Source of the DNA: an uncultured delta proteobacterium
Lineage (GTDB): Bacteria; Desulfobacterota; Syntrophia; Syntrophales; UBA5619
Direction of reading: 5' to 3'
Assembly: GCA_963817385.1 (NCBI GenBank)
Contig: CAWFOM010000001.1
Coordinates: forward strand, 64,001 to 128,000
Length of the DNA: 64,000 nt
Part shown: piece after piece, positions 45,257-53,883 of the stretch
Position numbering within the stretch: the first letter of the stretch is position 1
Layout of the letters: each line of letters begins with the position of its first letter
The notes under the pieces: model-generated
Seen by the model: the letters and a program-made list of their open reading frames with translations, nothing else
The model's database searches: none
Told to the model about the DNA's origin: nothing
Made by a program: the position numbers and the translations under genes

Positions 45257-45498
45257 TCCTCTTCATCCCAAGAGTTTGAAATGTTTTCGTTTCCGTCAAT
45301 CAATATGTCATGACCGTTTTTAGCCATTGCTCTGAAAGCATTATCCCAACCTGGCCTTGGATTTGATATCGGGCGAATAATGATTTGAGTTTTCTCGACC
45401 TCAAGCTCAACGTCATCCATAATTCCAGTTTGATCAAGTAATGGTTTTGGAATACGGATTCCTTGGGAATTGCCTATCCTTACAACGCGGGCTCTCAT
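45244..45498 (-). CDS. AbrB/MazE family antitoxin
   Basis: VRIGNSQGIRIPK, acidic WDEEEWQW tail; overlaps the toxin gene. Confidence 0.92.
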   Translation of the reverse strand: MRARVVRIGNSQGIRIPKPLLDQTGIMDDVELEVEKTQIIIRPISNPRPGWDNAFRAMAKNGHDILIDGNENISNSWDEEEWQW

Positions 45499-45584
45499 TA
45501 TTTTTACCTCCTGGACCTAATAGTTACCACATTGTAATTACATTTACCTTAAAAGTCAAGGATTCAATGGTTTATGGAATCACT

Positions 45585-45656
45585 GCCCAACGCTCGGTAT
45601 AACCCGCTTGCGACGAGCAAAGCGAGGAGCAAGTCGGGTTCATGCCGTTGTTGGGC
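45585..45656 (-). other. attC site
   Basis: GCCCAAC...AACCCGCTTGC...GCAAGTCGGGTT...GTTGGGC palindrome. Confidence 0.85.
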
Positions 45657-45668
45657 GGCGTTGTTTCT

Positions 45669-46370
45669 TTATTTATACGCCTTTCTCAACGATTGCGGTA
45701 TTGTCACGCAAGTCTTACCATCCTTTTTGAATCGAAAATCGCACTTCGCACCACCATCGGCTATAGTCATTGTTCGGCGCAATCCCCATCCCATTAACTC
45801 GCTAGCGATCTTGTCGATGGCACAAAGATAAGGAACCAACTCTGCCACACCTTGTTGTCGGAAAAAATTATAGACCGCACACTCGATATAGTCGAATTCA
45901 TAGTCGAACTCTTCCCCGTCCCCTTGTAGATAAGCAACAACATAACCACTTGGATACTTGCGCTCCTGGGATAGTGCCGCTCGTTTTTGTAATCGTGTAG
46001 TGAACCATCGAGAAAACCACACAATTCTAACAGCTCGACGCACAAAGCCTGGGATTGCTTTAATTTCCGCTTCACCAATTCCGTAAACTAGCTGTCCTAC
46101 TTCTTCGACCGTCTTGCCATGTTCTTGAAATGCTTTGTATATTCCCAAGTGCCGACTGGCTGGTAAATAGAACATGTCAACCAGAGGATTGTTTTCACCG
46201 ATATAAGGAATTTGAGGGATGAGGTCACAGTACTTTTGACGCGACGCTTGTATCAACGGATTAGCTTCTTCTCCGTAGCGTGCAACCAAGACCGGCTTAA
46301 CCAGAGAAATCGCTCGGTCAAAACTTTTCAATAAATGGGGTGTGCGGGAGATATAGTTTTCGTGCGACAT
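45669..46370 (-). CDS. L-2-amino-thiazoline-4-carboxylic acid hydrolase-like domain protein
   Basis: DYIECAVYNFF...YLCAID...LRRTMTIADGGAKCDFRF. Confidence 0.8.
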   Translation of the reverse strand: MSHENYISRTPHLLKSFDRAISLVKPVLVARYGEEANPLIQASRQKYCDLIPQIPYIGENNPLVDMFYLPASRHLGIYKAFQEHGKTVEEVGQLVYGIGEAEIKAIPGFVRRAVRIVWFSRWFTTRLQKRAALSQERKYPSGYVVAYLQGDGEEFDYEFDYIECAVYNFFRQQGVAELVPYLCAIDKIASELMGWGLRRTMTIADGGAKCDFRFKKDGKTCVTIPQSLRKAYK

Positions 46371-46409
46371 CTGCCATCATCCTTCTTGCATGTCAGTTTG
46401 TGTTGAGCC

Positions 46410-46578
46410 GCTCAATGCGGCGCTCACCAACTGCGGTGGGCGGCAAGCCGAAGGCTTGACGACTGGCGCATGTTGGTGAAGCGGCTTTGTTCCGAGGCGC
46501 GCTTCGCGCCGAGGGAGAAAGCCGCGAACGCAGTGAGCGCCGCATTCCGCCGGACAAGCGAAGCGCGTCCGGCGGAAC
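46410..46578 (-). other. gene-less structured cassette 1 (attC 46410..46495 plus anti-attC segment)
   Basis: Perfect pairings 46414-27/46533-46, 46481-88/46518-25, 46545-55/46567-77. Confidence 0.75.
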
Positions 46579-46661
46579 GACTTAAATGAGGCGCAGGGGC
46601 AACCAGCTTATGCAAAAAACCACAGCGGCTATCCCCTGTCGCCTCGATTTTTTTGTTGTGC
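46572..46661 (-). other. attC site of the glycosylase cassette
   Basis: Minus strand GCACAAC...GAGGCGACAGGGG...CCCCTGCGCCTC...GTTCCGC. Confidence 0.8.
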
Positions 46662-46693
46662 GGTCTTTCCATTGGTGTGTCTTATCTTCTGTC

Positions 46694-47296
46694 TTAATGC
46701 TCATATGTTTTATTCATTCCCTTGATAAAATCCTTCTTCCCCCCGTGGGAAGGGTGTCTTATGTAAGTGATCGTGCTTTTGGGAAATACTTCTCTTAGTA
46801 TTGATTCGCCAACTCGACCAAGAGAACACAGTTGGCTCGGCTTGAATAAGTCATAAATTATTCTCAGATAAGCTTCACCTTCTTTGATTTCTGAAACATC
46901 AGGTTTTCTATTACTTTCTGGTTTACCGCTTTGATGTGGATGAAACGGGAATGCGTTCCACAAGATTGGTACAGAAGTACTGATTCCTAAAAATTGCCAT
47001 AAAATTGTTGCTGTATTTTCAGCAACAATCTGAGGCAGCATAATTTCACTGCCAATTTCCTGGAAGATAGTATGTTTTGAAGTCTTTATGACTTCACCAC
47101 TTGTGAAAGGAATACCTGTCAATCTGCAGCCTCTATAGCCAGGAGCTTCACCGATTAATAGAATATCAGCGTTTTGCTTTTGAAGATATGCGACGTATGC
47201 CTTTAAATTGTTAAGAATGCAGTTGTTTTGATATTGATTAAAAACAGTTTCTGAGGATTTCCGTAGAGATAACTGCGTTAATAGTCTGTTTAACAT
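46694..47296 (-). CDS. uracil-DNA glycosylase superfamily protein
   Basis: GEAPGYRGCRLTGIPFTS, WNAFPFHPH, IRHPSHGG. Confidence 0.88.
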   Translation of the reverse strand: MLNRLLTQLSLRKSSETVFNQYQNNCILNNLKAYVAYLQKQNADILLIGEAPGYRGCRLTGIPFTSGEVIKTSKHTIFQEIGSEIMLPQIVAENTATILWQFLGISTSVPILWNAFPFHPHQSGKPESNRKPDVSEIKEGEAYLRIIYDLFKPSQLCSLGRVGESILREVFPKSTITYIRHPSHGGKKDFIKGMNKTYEH

Positions 47297-47949
47297 GACG
47301 ATTTTTTACCGTAAAGTTTGTTTAGCTTGTCTTCTTTATATTCAGTGGGCAGCCTTCCCCAATAGCATTGATTCTTAACCTTGCAGTTTTCACAAATATC
47401 GATAATTTGTCTTCTTCCTTCTGGTGTTTGCAGGCACTTCATAATCTTTAGTGTTTCAGCCTGATATTTTGCTGATATATCATTGCCATTATTTGATTTT
47501 AAGCTACTAAGAATTCGATTAATGTCATTTTTTGCAGACGAATAACCCCAGCTTACAGGAACGCCTCTCGAACTGTAGTTTATTCCGATGCTCTGATCCT
47601 TTGGCAGAAGTACGTTCTCGGATGAAAAGAAGCCTTTTTTCGGTGTTTCGATGCAGCAACCAACCTTAAAGTAGCCAACAACTTTATTATTTACTGCACC
47701 ATTCAAATTTGTATTTCGAGTATAGAAAACGACATATTTTTCAGCGTCGGCTTTCTTTAAAAAATTCTTAACTTCTTTACAGTGACAGCCTTCATCATAG
47801 GACAACGTTTCAAAGCGAGGATATTGATAATGACCTGTATTTGTGGGATTGCACATAAAGAAATCTCTATGCATTATTTCTGGAGAAAATATAGAGCAGC
47901 CGTCAGGCATATCAGGCAGCGAATTGTAATAGAACAGAATCCAAATCAT
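47290..47949 (-). CDS. hypothetical Cys-rich protein, possibly nucleotide-modification-associated (Nmad-like)
   Basis: RBS AAGGAAAG; PRFETLSY, YVVFYT...VVGYFKV, C-terminal CENC...C; overlaps the glycosylase start by 7 bp. Confidence 0.6.
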   Translation of the reverse strand: MIWILFYYNSLPDMPDGCSIFSPEIMHRDFFMCNPTNTGHYQYPRFETLSYDEGCHCKEVKNFLKKADAEKYVVFYTRNTNLNGAVNNKVVGYFKVGCCIETPKKGFFSSENVLLPKDQSIGINYSSRGVPVSWGYSSAKNDINRILSSLKSNNGNDISAKYQAETLKIMKCLQTPEGRRQIIDICENCKVKNQCYWGRLPTEYKEDKLNKLYGKKSSC

Positions 47950-48034
47950 TGCTTTCCTTTCTTAAATTATATTTTCATTATTCCTTGGACCAATGGACAG
48001 CGTCTATCTTATGATTATCATCTTTGATACATAT

Positions 48035-48200
48035 GCACAATCGCGGCGCTGACCCGCGAGCACGGCGGATGGGAGCAGGCGTGCCTGCGGACAGCCGACG
48101 AGCGCAGTCGGGTCCAGTGCCTTGTTCCGGCGCGGAGCGACGGGGCAAGGCACTGGACGAAGTCAGCGCCGCGATTCCCGGCGACGGAGTCGCCGGGAAC
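48035..48200 (-). other. gene-less structured cassette 2 in first array position (attC 48035..48130 plus anti-attC segment)
   Basis: Perfect pairings 48039-53/48162-76, 48112-24/48146-58, 48175-85/48189-99. Confidence 0.75.
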
Positions 48201-48220
48201 AAGTTATTCTAAAGTTTCTG
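48194..48220 (-). other. putative attI site
   Basis: Minus strand ACTTTAGAATAACTT-G/TTCCCG between the first cassette and the integrase promoter region. Confidence 0.55.
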
Positions 48221-48431
48221 GATATCTCCGCAATGATCCGGAATCAGCAGAACGTCAGGCAATAACCATGCGGTGATGCATTTGCGCTCACGGCCTGCCT
48301 GCTTCTCCTGTCCCTTTGTAAATACGGTAAGTTGCTTATAAATCTCTTGACAGAAATTATGCAACCATTTATTCTTCTACTTCCGGATATCATGTCAAAA
48401 TTAAGATTATAATGAAGACGGAGATCTCCAC

Positions 48432-48710
48432 ATGCTGGCAATCCCCTCTGCATTACGGTCGAAATTCGATGAGCAGCTTCGGCGCAGAGCAACCCCAAAC
48501 AACCTGCATGGGCCTTATCTGAAATGGCTTCGCTATTATCTGGATTTTTGCCAAAAGTACCGATTCCCTCCGCGACAGGAAAAGAGCCTGCCCACGTTCC
48601 ACCGGAAATTGCAAGATAAGCAGCAATCCAAGACGCAGCAGGAGCAGGCTGCGGCTGCAATTACTGTCTATTATGACATTTTGAGAGAATCGGGGAGACT
48701 TCTAATCTAA
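48432..48710 (+). pseudogene. intI: truncated integron integrase (N-terminal extension only)
   Basis: YLKWLRYYLDFCQKY...QQEQAAAAITVYY resembles the N-terminus of long deltaproteobacterial IntI (recalled, not searched); divergent from the array; no catalytic domain. Confidence 0.7.
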
Positions 48711-48732
48711 TCCTTAACGCCATCTTCGCCGA

Positions 48733-50305
48733 TCACCGCACGGGCGCCACTTCCCTGAGCACATCGATCAGCGTTCCGTCCCGGTACTCGATGAGGGCCA
48801 CGATCCTGTCCGTGAAATCGGGTTTTTTCGGTTTTCCGGTAATACGGTAAGCGATGTCCCGCAGCTCCTCGATGGATTTCAGCGGAACCCGTGCGGCGCA
48901 AAGCCGCTCGATCAGGTCCTGCCGCCGGGGGTTCACGGCGATCCCGTAATCGGTCACGAGAACGTCCACCGATTCTCCGGGCGTGGAGATGACGATCACA
49001 TCGTCGACGACGACGGGGATCCGTCCCCGGATGAGGGGAGTGGTGATGATGGTGAGCTTCGCGCCCGCCGCCGTATCCGAATGCCCCCCCGTGGGATACT
49101 GGAGGATGCCGTCCGAGTGGGTGTTGACATTGACGTTGAAGTTGACGTCGATTTCGGTGGCGCCCAGGACGACGACGTCCAGCAGGTTGACCGCCGTGCC
49201 GCGGTTATGGGGATTGGCGTAGAAGCCGGCGCCGATCTCGATGTGGTTGACATCCTTCAGGAGCGATTGAATCGCGTACTGATCGAACGCCTGGACGGTC
49301 AGGATCTTGTGGATGATGCCCTCCTCCAGCAGTTTGACCATGCTCTCCGTGGTGCCCCCCATACCGAAGCTGCCGACGATGCCGCGCTTTTTCATCCGCT
49401 CGCCCAGGAATTTGGTCACCGCGAGCGAGATACCGCCGGCGCCGGTTTGAAAGCGGATCCCGTTGCTTGAACACCTCGGAGGCCTCGATGACGCGCACCG
49501 CATTCCGGGCGATATTGAGATTGACTGTGTCCCGGGTCAGGCGAAGGGTATTGGAGACGATTTTGGAAGGATCGCCGATATCGTCGACCTGGACGACGGT
49601 TCCCACGAACTCCTGGGAGATGCTGATGGGGATGACCGGGGTCTCCTCCATGTAGTCGGTGACGGCAACCGTCTTTTCACTGTAGATGGCGTCCGCCAGG
49701 GCGTAGGAAAGCGGCCCGCAGGCCGAGGGCCCTTTGACGCCGTTGCAATTTCCGATGGCATCGGCGCAGGGTGCGCCGATGAAAGCCGCATCGATGTGCA
49801 GATCGCCCCGCTCGATGGCGCGCACCCGCCCGCCGTGGGAGCGGATGACCATCGGACGGGTCATCAGCCCCCGGGAGACGGCCCGACCCACCGTTCCCCG
49901 GGCGCTCCCCCCCTCGATGCAGGTGACCACGCCGTTTCTGATGTGGTCGATCAGGGGTTCGTGAACCGAGTATAAAGAAGAGGGCGCGATGGTCATGTTC
50001 CTGAACCCCATGGCGGCGATCTCCGCCATGACCATGTTCAGGACCTTGTCTCCCTCACGGAAATGGTGGTGGAAGGAGACGGTCATCCCATCCTTGAGCT
50101 CGATCCGCTCGATCGCTTCCCGGATGGTGGGGACCAAGCAGTCCTCGCCGGGATGCAGTATCGTGCCGAGCCGTGGCCCGACGCGCCGTTTGTCCTCCTT
50201 GGGGGGCTCGACAAACACCCCCGCATAGGGGCGGTACCGCCTGCCGTCAATCTTCCGAGGCACCTTCCGGCCGACGGCGTTAACCACAAAATTTTCGTCC
50301 GGCAT
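48733..50305 (-). CDS. citF: citrate lyase alpha subunit (CoA/ACP transferase), frameshift near 49465
   Basis: LKDGMTVSFHHHFREGD, RSHGGR, FQTGAGG, GGHSDTAAG, EYRDGTLID. Confidence 0.92.
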
Positions 50306-50317
50306 CGGATTGTCTCC

Positions 50318-51196
50318 TTATGCTTCAGGCTCGGGGATTGGTAAATCCAGACGTTCGGCGATGCGGATGATCTTCTCGGCCCGCTGGATGATCGGCTTGT
50401 CGATCATTTTCCCTTTGACGACGGCCACACCGCTCCCTTTGCCCCGGGCGATTTCCGAGGCCCGGATCACGTTGACGGCATGCTGGATCTCCGCTTCAGT
50501 CGGCGTGAAGATCTCATGAATGATTGCAATCTGGGACGGGTGAATGGCCGCGCGTCCGTCGAATCCCATCTGCTTGATCGCCAGGGTATCGTTGCGCAGC
50601 CCCTCTTCATCATTGAAATCCGAAAAGACCGTATCGAGGGCCTGCACTCCCGCCGCTTTGGCGGCAATGACCAGCATGCTTCGCCCCAAAAAGATCTCCC
50701 GTCCCTCCCGGGTGCGGGTCGCCCCGATATCCTGAGTGAAATCTTCCCCGCCGAAGGTGATCGCCTCAACCAGAGGCGAAGCGCCCGCTATTTCATAGGC
50801 GTTCAGGATGCCCTTCGCCGATTCGATCAGGGGCAGGATCGCCACCGGCTTGGACAGTCCGCTTTTCATGATCGCCTTTTCCACGGCCTGGACACCCTGA
50901 CGGTTTTCGGATTTGGGGACGACAATCGCGTCCGGACCCGCCGGAAGGACGGCCGCCAGATCCAGTAGTCCGCAGGTCGTCACGGGGTTGATTCTGACCA
51001 TGACCTCGGTCTCCCCGAAGTCGAGGGATTTGATCGCATTTCGCACCAGGAACCGCGCCGCATCCTTTTCTTCCGGACTCACCGAGTCTTCAAGATCGAG
51101 AATCACGGCATCGGCCCCCAGCAGGGGACCTTTTTGGATCATCCGGGGGCGGTTGCCGGGCAGATAGATGCGCGAGCGTCGGAGTCTCGCCATCAT
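50318..51196 (-). CDS. citE: citrate lyase beta subunit
   Basis: RRSRIYLPGN, DLEDSV, GGEDF, IHPSQI, GKMIDKP. Confidence 0.9.
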   Translation of the reverse strand: MMARLRRSRIYLPGNRPRMIQKGPLLGADAVILDLEDSVSPEEKDAARFLVRNAIKSLDFGETEVMVRINPVTTCGLLDLAAVLPAGPDAIVVPKSENRQGVQAVEKAIMKSGLSKPVAILPLIESAKGILNAYEIAGASPLVEAITFGGEDFTQDIGATRTREGREIFLGRSMLVIAAKAAGVQALDTVFSDFNDEEGLRNDTLAIKQMGFDGRAAIHPSQIAIIHEIFTPTEAEIQHAVNVIRASEIARGKGSGVAVVKGKMIDKPIIQRAEKIIRIAERLDLPIPEPEA

Positions 51197-51489
51197 TCGC
51201 CCTCCTGTAACGCTCGTTCGATGGCGGTTTGAACCCTGGCCCGGATCGCATAATCCAGGGCGCCCCGGTCATTGACGGTAAGTTTCAGATCGGTGAGGCC
51301 GTACCCTTCGATCACTTCGAGGACGGAGGCGCGGATCTGGTCGCCGAACAGTGACATGAGGGTGCTTTCGATCTCTACCTGAACGCCGCTGTTTGCCTCT
51401 CTCGGGGAAAGGCAGACGAGAACATCGCTCCTGTCATCGAGACCGGCTTTTGCCTCGCGAAGGATCCTTGCGGTTCGAGGCGTTGTCAT
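51193..51489 (-). CDS. citD: citrate lyase acyl carrier protein (gamma subunit), atypical motif
   Basis: FGDQIR, DRGALDYAIRARVQTA; adjacent to citE. Confidence 0.85.
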   Translation of the reverse strand: MTTPRTARILREAKAGLDDRSDVLVCLSPREANSGVQVEIESTLMSLFGDQIRASVLEVIEGYGLTDLKLTVNDRGALDYAIRARVQTAIERALQEGE

Positions 51490-51556
51490 GTCTTTCTCTC
51501 CTGATCGTCTTCGGGAATCTATGGATATGAGGCTCCCGACAAAGGGGCTCGCTCAT

Positions 51557-53083
51557 CTACGCGGCGGGCGCTCCGCCGAACAGCCGCCGGACGCCCCGGC
51601 CGATCTGCTTCCAGTAGGGGTTGGTGATCGCGACGACCGCCAGAAACAGCAGAAAGAGCGAAATCGGGCGGTTCACGAAGATCATCAGGCTCCCGTCGGA
51701 GATCACCAGCGACTGGCGCATCTTCTCCTCCATCAGCTTCCCCAGCACGATTCCGAGGATCACCGGCGCCGCCGGAATGTCGAGGCGTTTCATCAGGTAC
51801 CCGATCACGCCGAATCCAACCATCAAAAACAGGTCCTGAACGCTGTTGTTGACCGTGTAGACGCCGAGAAACGAAAACATGATGATGAACAGCATCAGCA
51901 GGTAGAGGGGGATGTCCAGAAGCTTCACCCACAGTCCCACCAAGGGCAGGTTCAGGACCAGCAGCATCGCGTTGCCGATGTACATGCTGGCGATGAGCCC
52001 CCAGACGAAATCCGGCTGCTGGACGAACAGCAGCGGGCCCGGCTGCAGGCCGATCATGAGGAGCGCGCCCAGCATAATGGCGGTCGTGCCGCTCCCCGGA
52101 ATCCCCAGGCACAGCAAGTGAATCAGGGACCCCCCCGCCGCGGCGTTGTTCGCCGATTCGGGCCCCGTAACCCCTTCGATCGCCCCGTGACCCAGCTCGT
52201 CACGGTACTTGCTCGATTTCTTCTCCAGACCGTAGGAAACGAAGCTCGCCACCGCCGCGCCCGCCCCGGCGATGCCGCCGACGAAGAAGCCGGAGAGCGT
52301 GCCGCGGATGCACGACGGGAAAAAGCGTTTCCAGTCCTCCCTGCTCATCCAGAGGCTCCCCTTGATGCTCAGCCTCTCCATGACCGCCCCCTTCAGGTCC
52401 GCCATGTTCACAAACACCTCGCACAGGGCGAACAGCCCGATTGCCACCACCAGAAACTCGAGGCCGTCCATCAGCTCGGGATTGTTGAACACGAACCGGG
52501 GAACCCCGCTCTGGTTGTCGATCCCCATCGTCGCAATCGCCAGGCCGAACAGCGTCGCAAACAATGCCTTCACCAGGGAACGACCCGCCAGGCTCGTCAC
52601 AACCGTGAGCCCCGCCAACATCAGGGAGAAAAACTCCGGGGGGCCGAATTTGAGCGCGATCCCGGCTACCCAGGGCCCGAACAGCATCAGCATGAGGGTC
52701 GCAAAGGTGCCCGCGATGAACGAACCGATCGCCGCCGCCGCCAGCGCCTGGCCCGCCCGGCCCTTCTTCGCCATCTGGTATCCGTCCAGGCACGTCACCA
52801 CGCTCGATGACTCGCCCGGGGTGTTCACCAGGATCGACGTCGTCGATCCGCCGTACATCGCCCCGTAATAGATCCCCGCCATCAGAATGATCGCCGCGTT
52901 CGGCTTCAGGCTGAAGGTCAGCGGTATCAACAGCGCCACCCCCGTCATCGGGCCGATCCCCGGCAGAACGCCGATCAGCGTCCCCAGAAAGACCCCGATG
53001 AAACAGAGCAGCAGGTTCATCGGCGTCCCCGCCACGCTGAACCCGAGGGTCACGTTGCCCCAGAAGTTGCTTAAAAAATCCAC
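51557..53083 (-). CDS. tctA: tripartite tricarboxylate transporter permease
   Basis: GVLPGIG, YYGAMYGGSTTSIL, PESANNA. Confidence 0.93.
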   Translation of the reverse strand: MDFLSNFWGNVTLGFSVAGTPMNLLLCFIGVFLGTLIGVLPGIGPMTGVALLIPLTFSLKPNAAIILMAGIYYGAMYGGSTTSILVNTPGESSSVVTCLDGYQMAKKGRAGQALAAAAIGSFIAGTFATLMLMLFGPWVAGIALKFGPPEFFSLMLAGLTVVTSLAGRSLVKALFATLFGLAIATMGIDNQSGVPRFVFNNPELMDGLEFLVVAIGLFALCEVFVNMADLKGAVMERLSIKGSLWMSREDWKRFFPSCIRGTLSGFFVGGIAGAGAAVASFVSYGLEKKSSKYRDELGHGAIEGVTGPESANNAAAGGSLIHLLCLGIPGSGTTAIMLGALLMIGLQPGPLLFVQQPDFVWGLIASMYIGNAMLLVLNLPLVGLWVKLLDIPLYLLMLFIIMFSFLGVYTVNNSVQDLFLMVGFGVIGYLMKRLDIPAAPVILGIVLGKLMEEKMRQSLVISDGSLMIFVNRPISLFLLFLAVVAITNPYWKQIGRGVRRLFGGAPAA

Positions 53084-53106
53084 GGCAGACCTCCGTTTAT
53101 CTCACG

Positions 53107-53625
53107 TCAATACTCAAGAAACTTCAGCAGACCCCCAGGAAGTTGAACCCGCAGCAAAATGGTAAATATATAGTACAGAACGAAGCTCGATATCACCGCG
53201 ATCACCCCGTCGCGCACCGGATGACGCCGGTCCAGGTAGAGCGTACCTGCCATGAACATCAAAAACGTCGCTATGGCGTAACCGAGAATCTCAAAAAAGA
53301 AGGCATAGAACAACATCAAACCCAGGATGAAACCCATTGTCTTGAGATCCGCCTTCTTCTCGATCTTCTCCTCCGCACCGATGATCACCGCCCGCTTCTC
53401 GATCTCCTCCTGGGACTCCTTCGCCGTCGTTCCGCCGCGGAACTGCTGCCAGGCGTAAATGCACGCCAGGAACAGCATTCCGAAACCGACCGCAATCGGA
53501 AAGGCGCCCGGCCCCAACTGCTGCTTGAGGACCGGCATCGGAATGAAAAAGGCGCCCGTCAGGTAGGCCGCGGAAAAAATGATCAAAACAATACTGGCTA
53601 TCCGTTCTTCTCTATTTTCCTTCAT
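53107..53625 (-). CDS. tctB: tripartite tricarboxylate transporter small subunit
   Basis: LGPGAFP, LGYAIAT, LRVQLPGG. Confidence 0.82.
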   Translation of the reverse strand: MKENREERIASIVLIIFSAAYLTGAFFIPMPVLKQQLGPGAFPIAVGFGMLFLACIYAWQQFRGGTTAKESQEEIEKRAVIIGAEEKIEKKADLKTMGFILGLMLFYAFFFEILGYAIATFLMFMAGTLYLDRRHPVRDGVIAVISSFVLYYIFTILLRVQLPGGLLKFLEY

Positions 53626-53746
53626 ACGATGGCTCCCGTATGATCCCGGGACCGCGGCAATACCGGTCCCGGGATCATAAGTCAAAACCCACGGATACTT
53701 TCGTCCACCGGAAACCCGGATCCCTGAGTCGAAAATCCACCACCAC

Positions 53747-53824
53747 CGTCATACCGGCGAAAGCCGGTATCCAGAAAATCAGATGGTTACAAAAGCACGG
53801 ACCCCGGCTTTCGCCGGAGTGACG
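53747..53824. repeat. REP-like element (inverted pair of hairpins)
   Basis: CGTCATACCGGCGAAAGCCGGTATCC ... GGACCCCGGCTTTCGCCGGAGTGACG. Confidence 0.75.
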
Positions 53825-53883
53825 ACTTTTCACGACGTCAAAGATCCTGAGCGCGAAGGGCGCCGGGCCCCAGCTCTTTTACC

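Larger units (their letters stand above)
40957..48710 (-). mobile_element. integron: cassette array on the minus strand, attI near 48200, truncated integrase on the plus strand
   Basis: Co-oriented short genes separated by attC-type palindromes, a TA cassette, and a divergent integrase N-terminus. Confidence 0.85.

Noticed and set aside
46424..46672. Short ORFs over the structured cassettes (also 47978..48212)
   Set aside because: They cross attC palindromes and look like stop-poor GC-rich sequence
40957..48200. CRISPR array interpretation of the repeated palindromes
   Set aside because: Repeats are non-identical, irregularly spaced and separated by genes; no cas genes in the window
698..50305. 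Numerous frameshifts (btrH-like, LuxR, oxidase, KS, hcp, glk, tctC, CoA ligase, citF) as pseudogenisation or programmed frameshifting
   Set aside because: Scattered single-base indels, some in homopolymers, in otherwise intact genes fit long-read consensus error; read polishing would settle it
53638..53679. Long perfect hairpin TATGATCCCGGGACCG...CGGTCCCGGGATCATA before tctB as a mobile element
   Set aside because: More simply an intra-operon stability or attenuation hairpin; no other copy seen in the window
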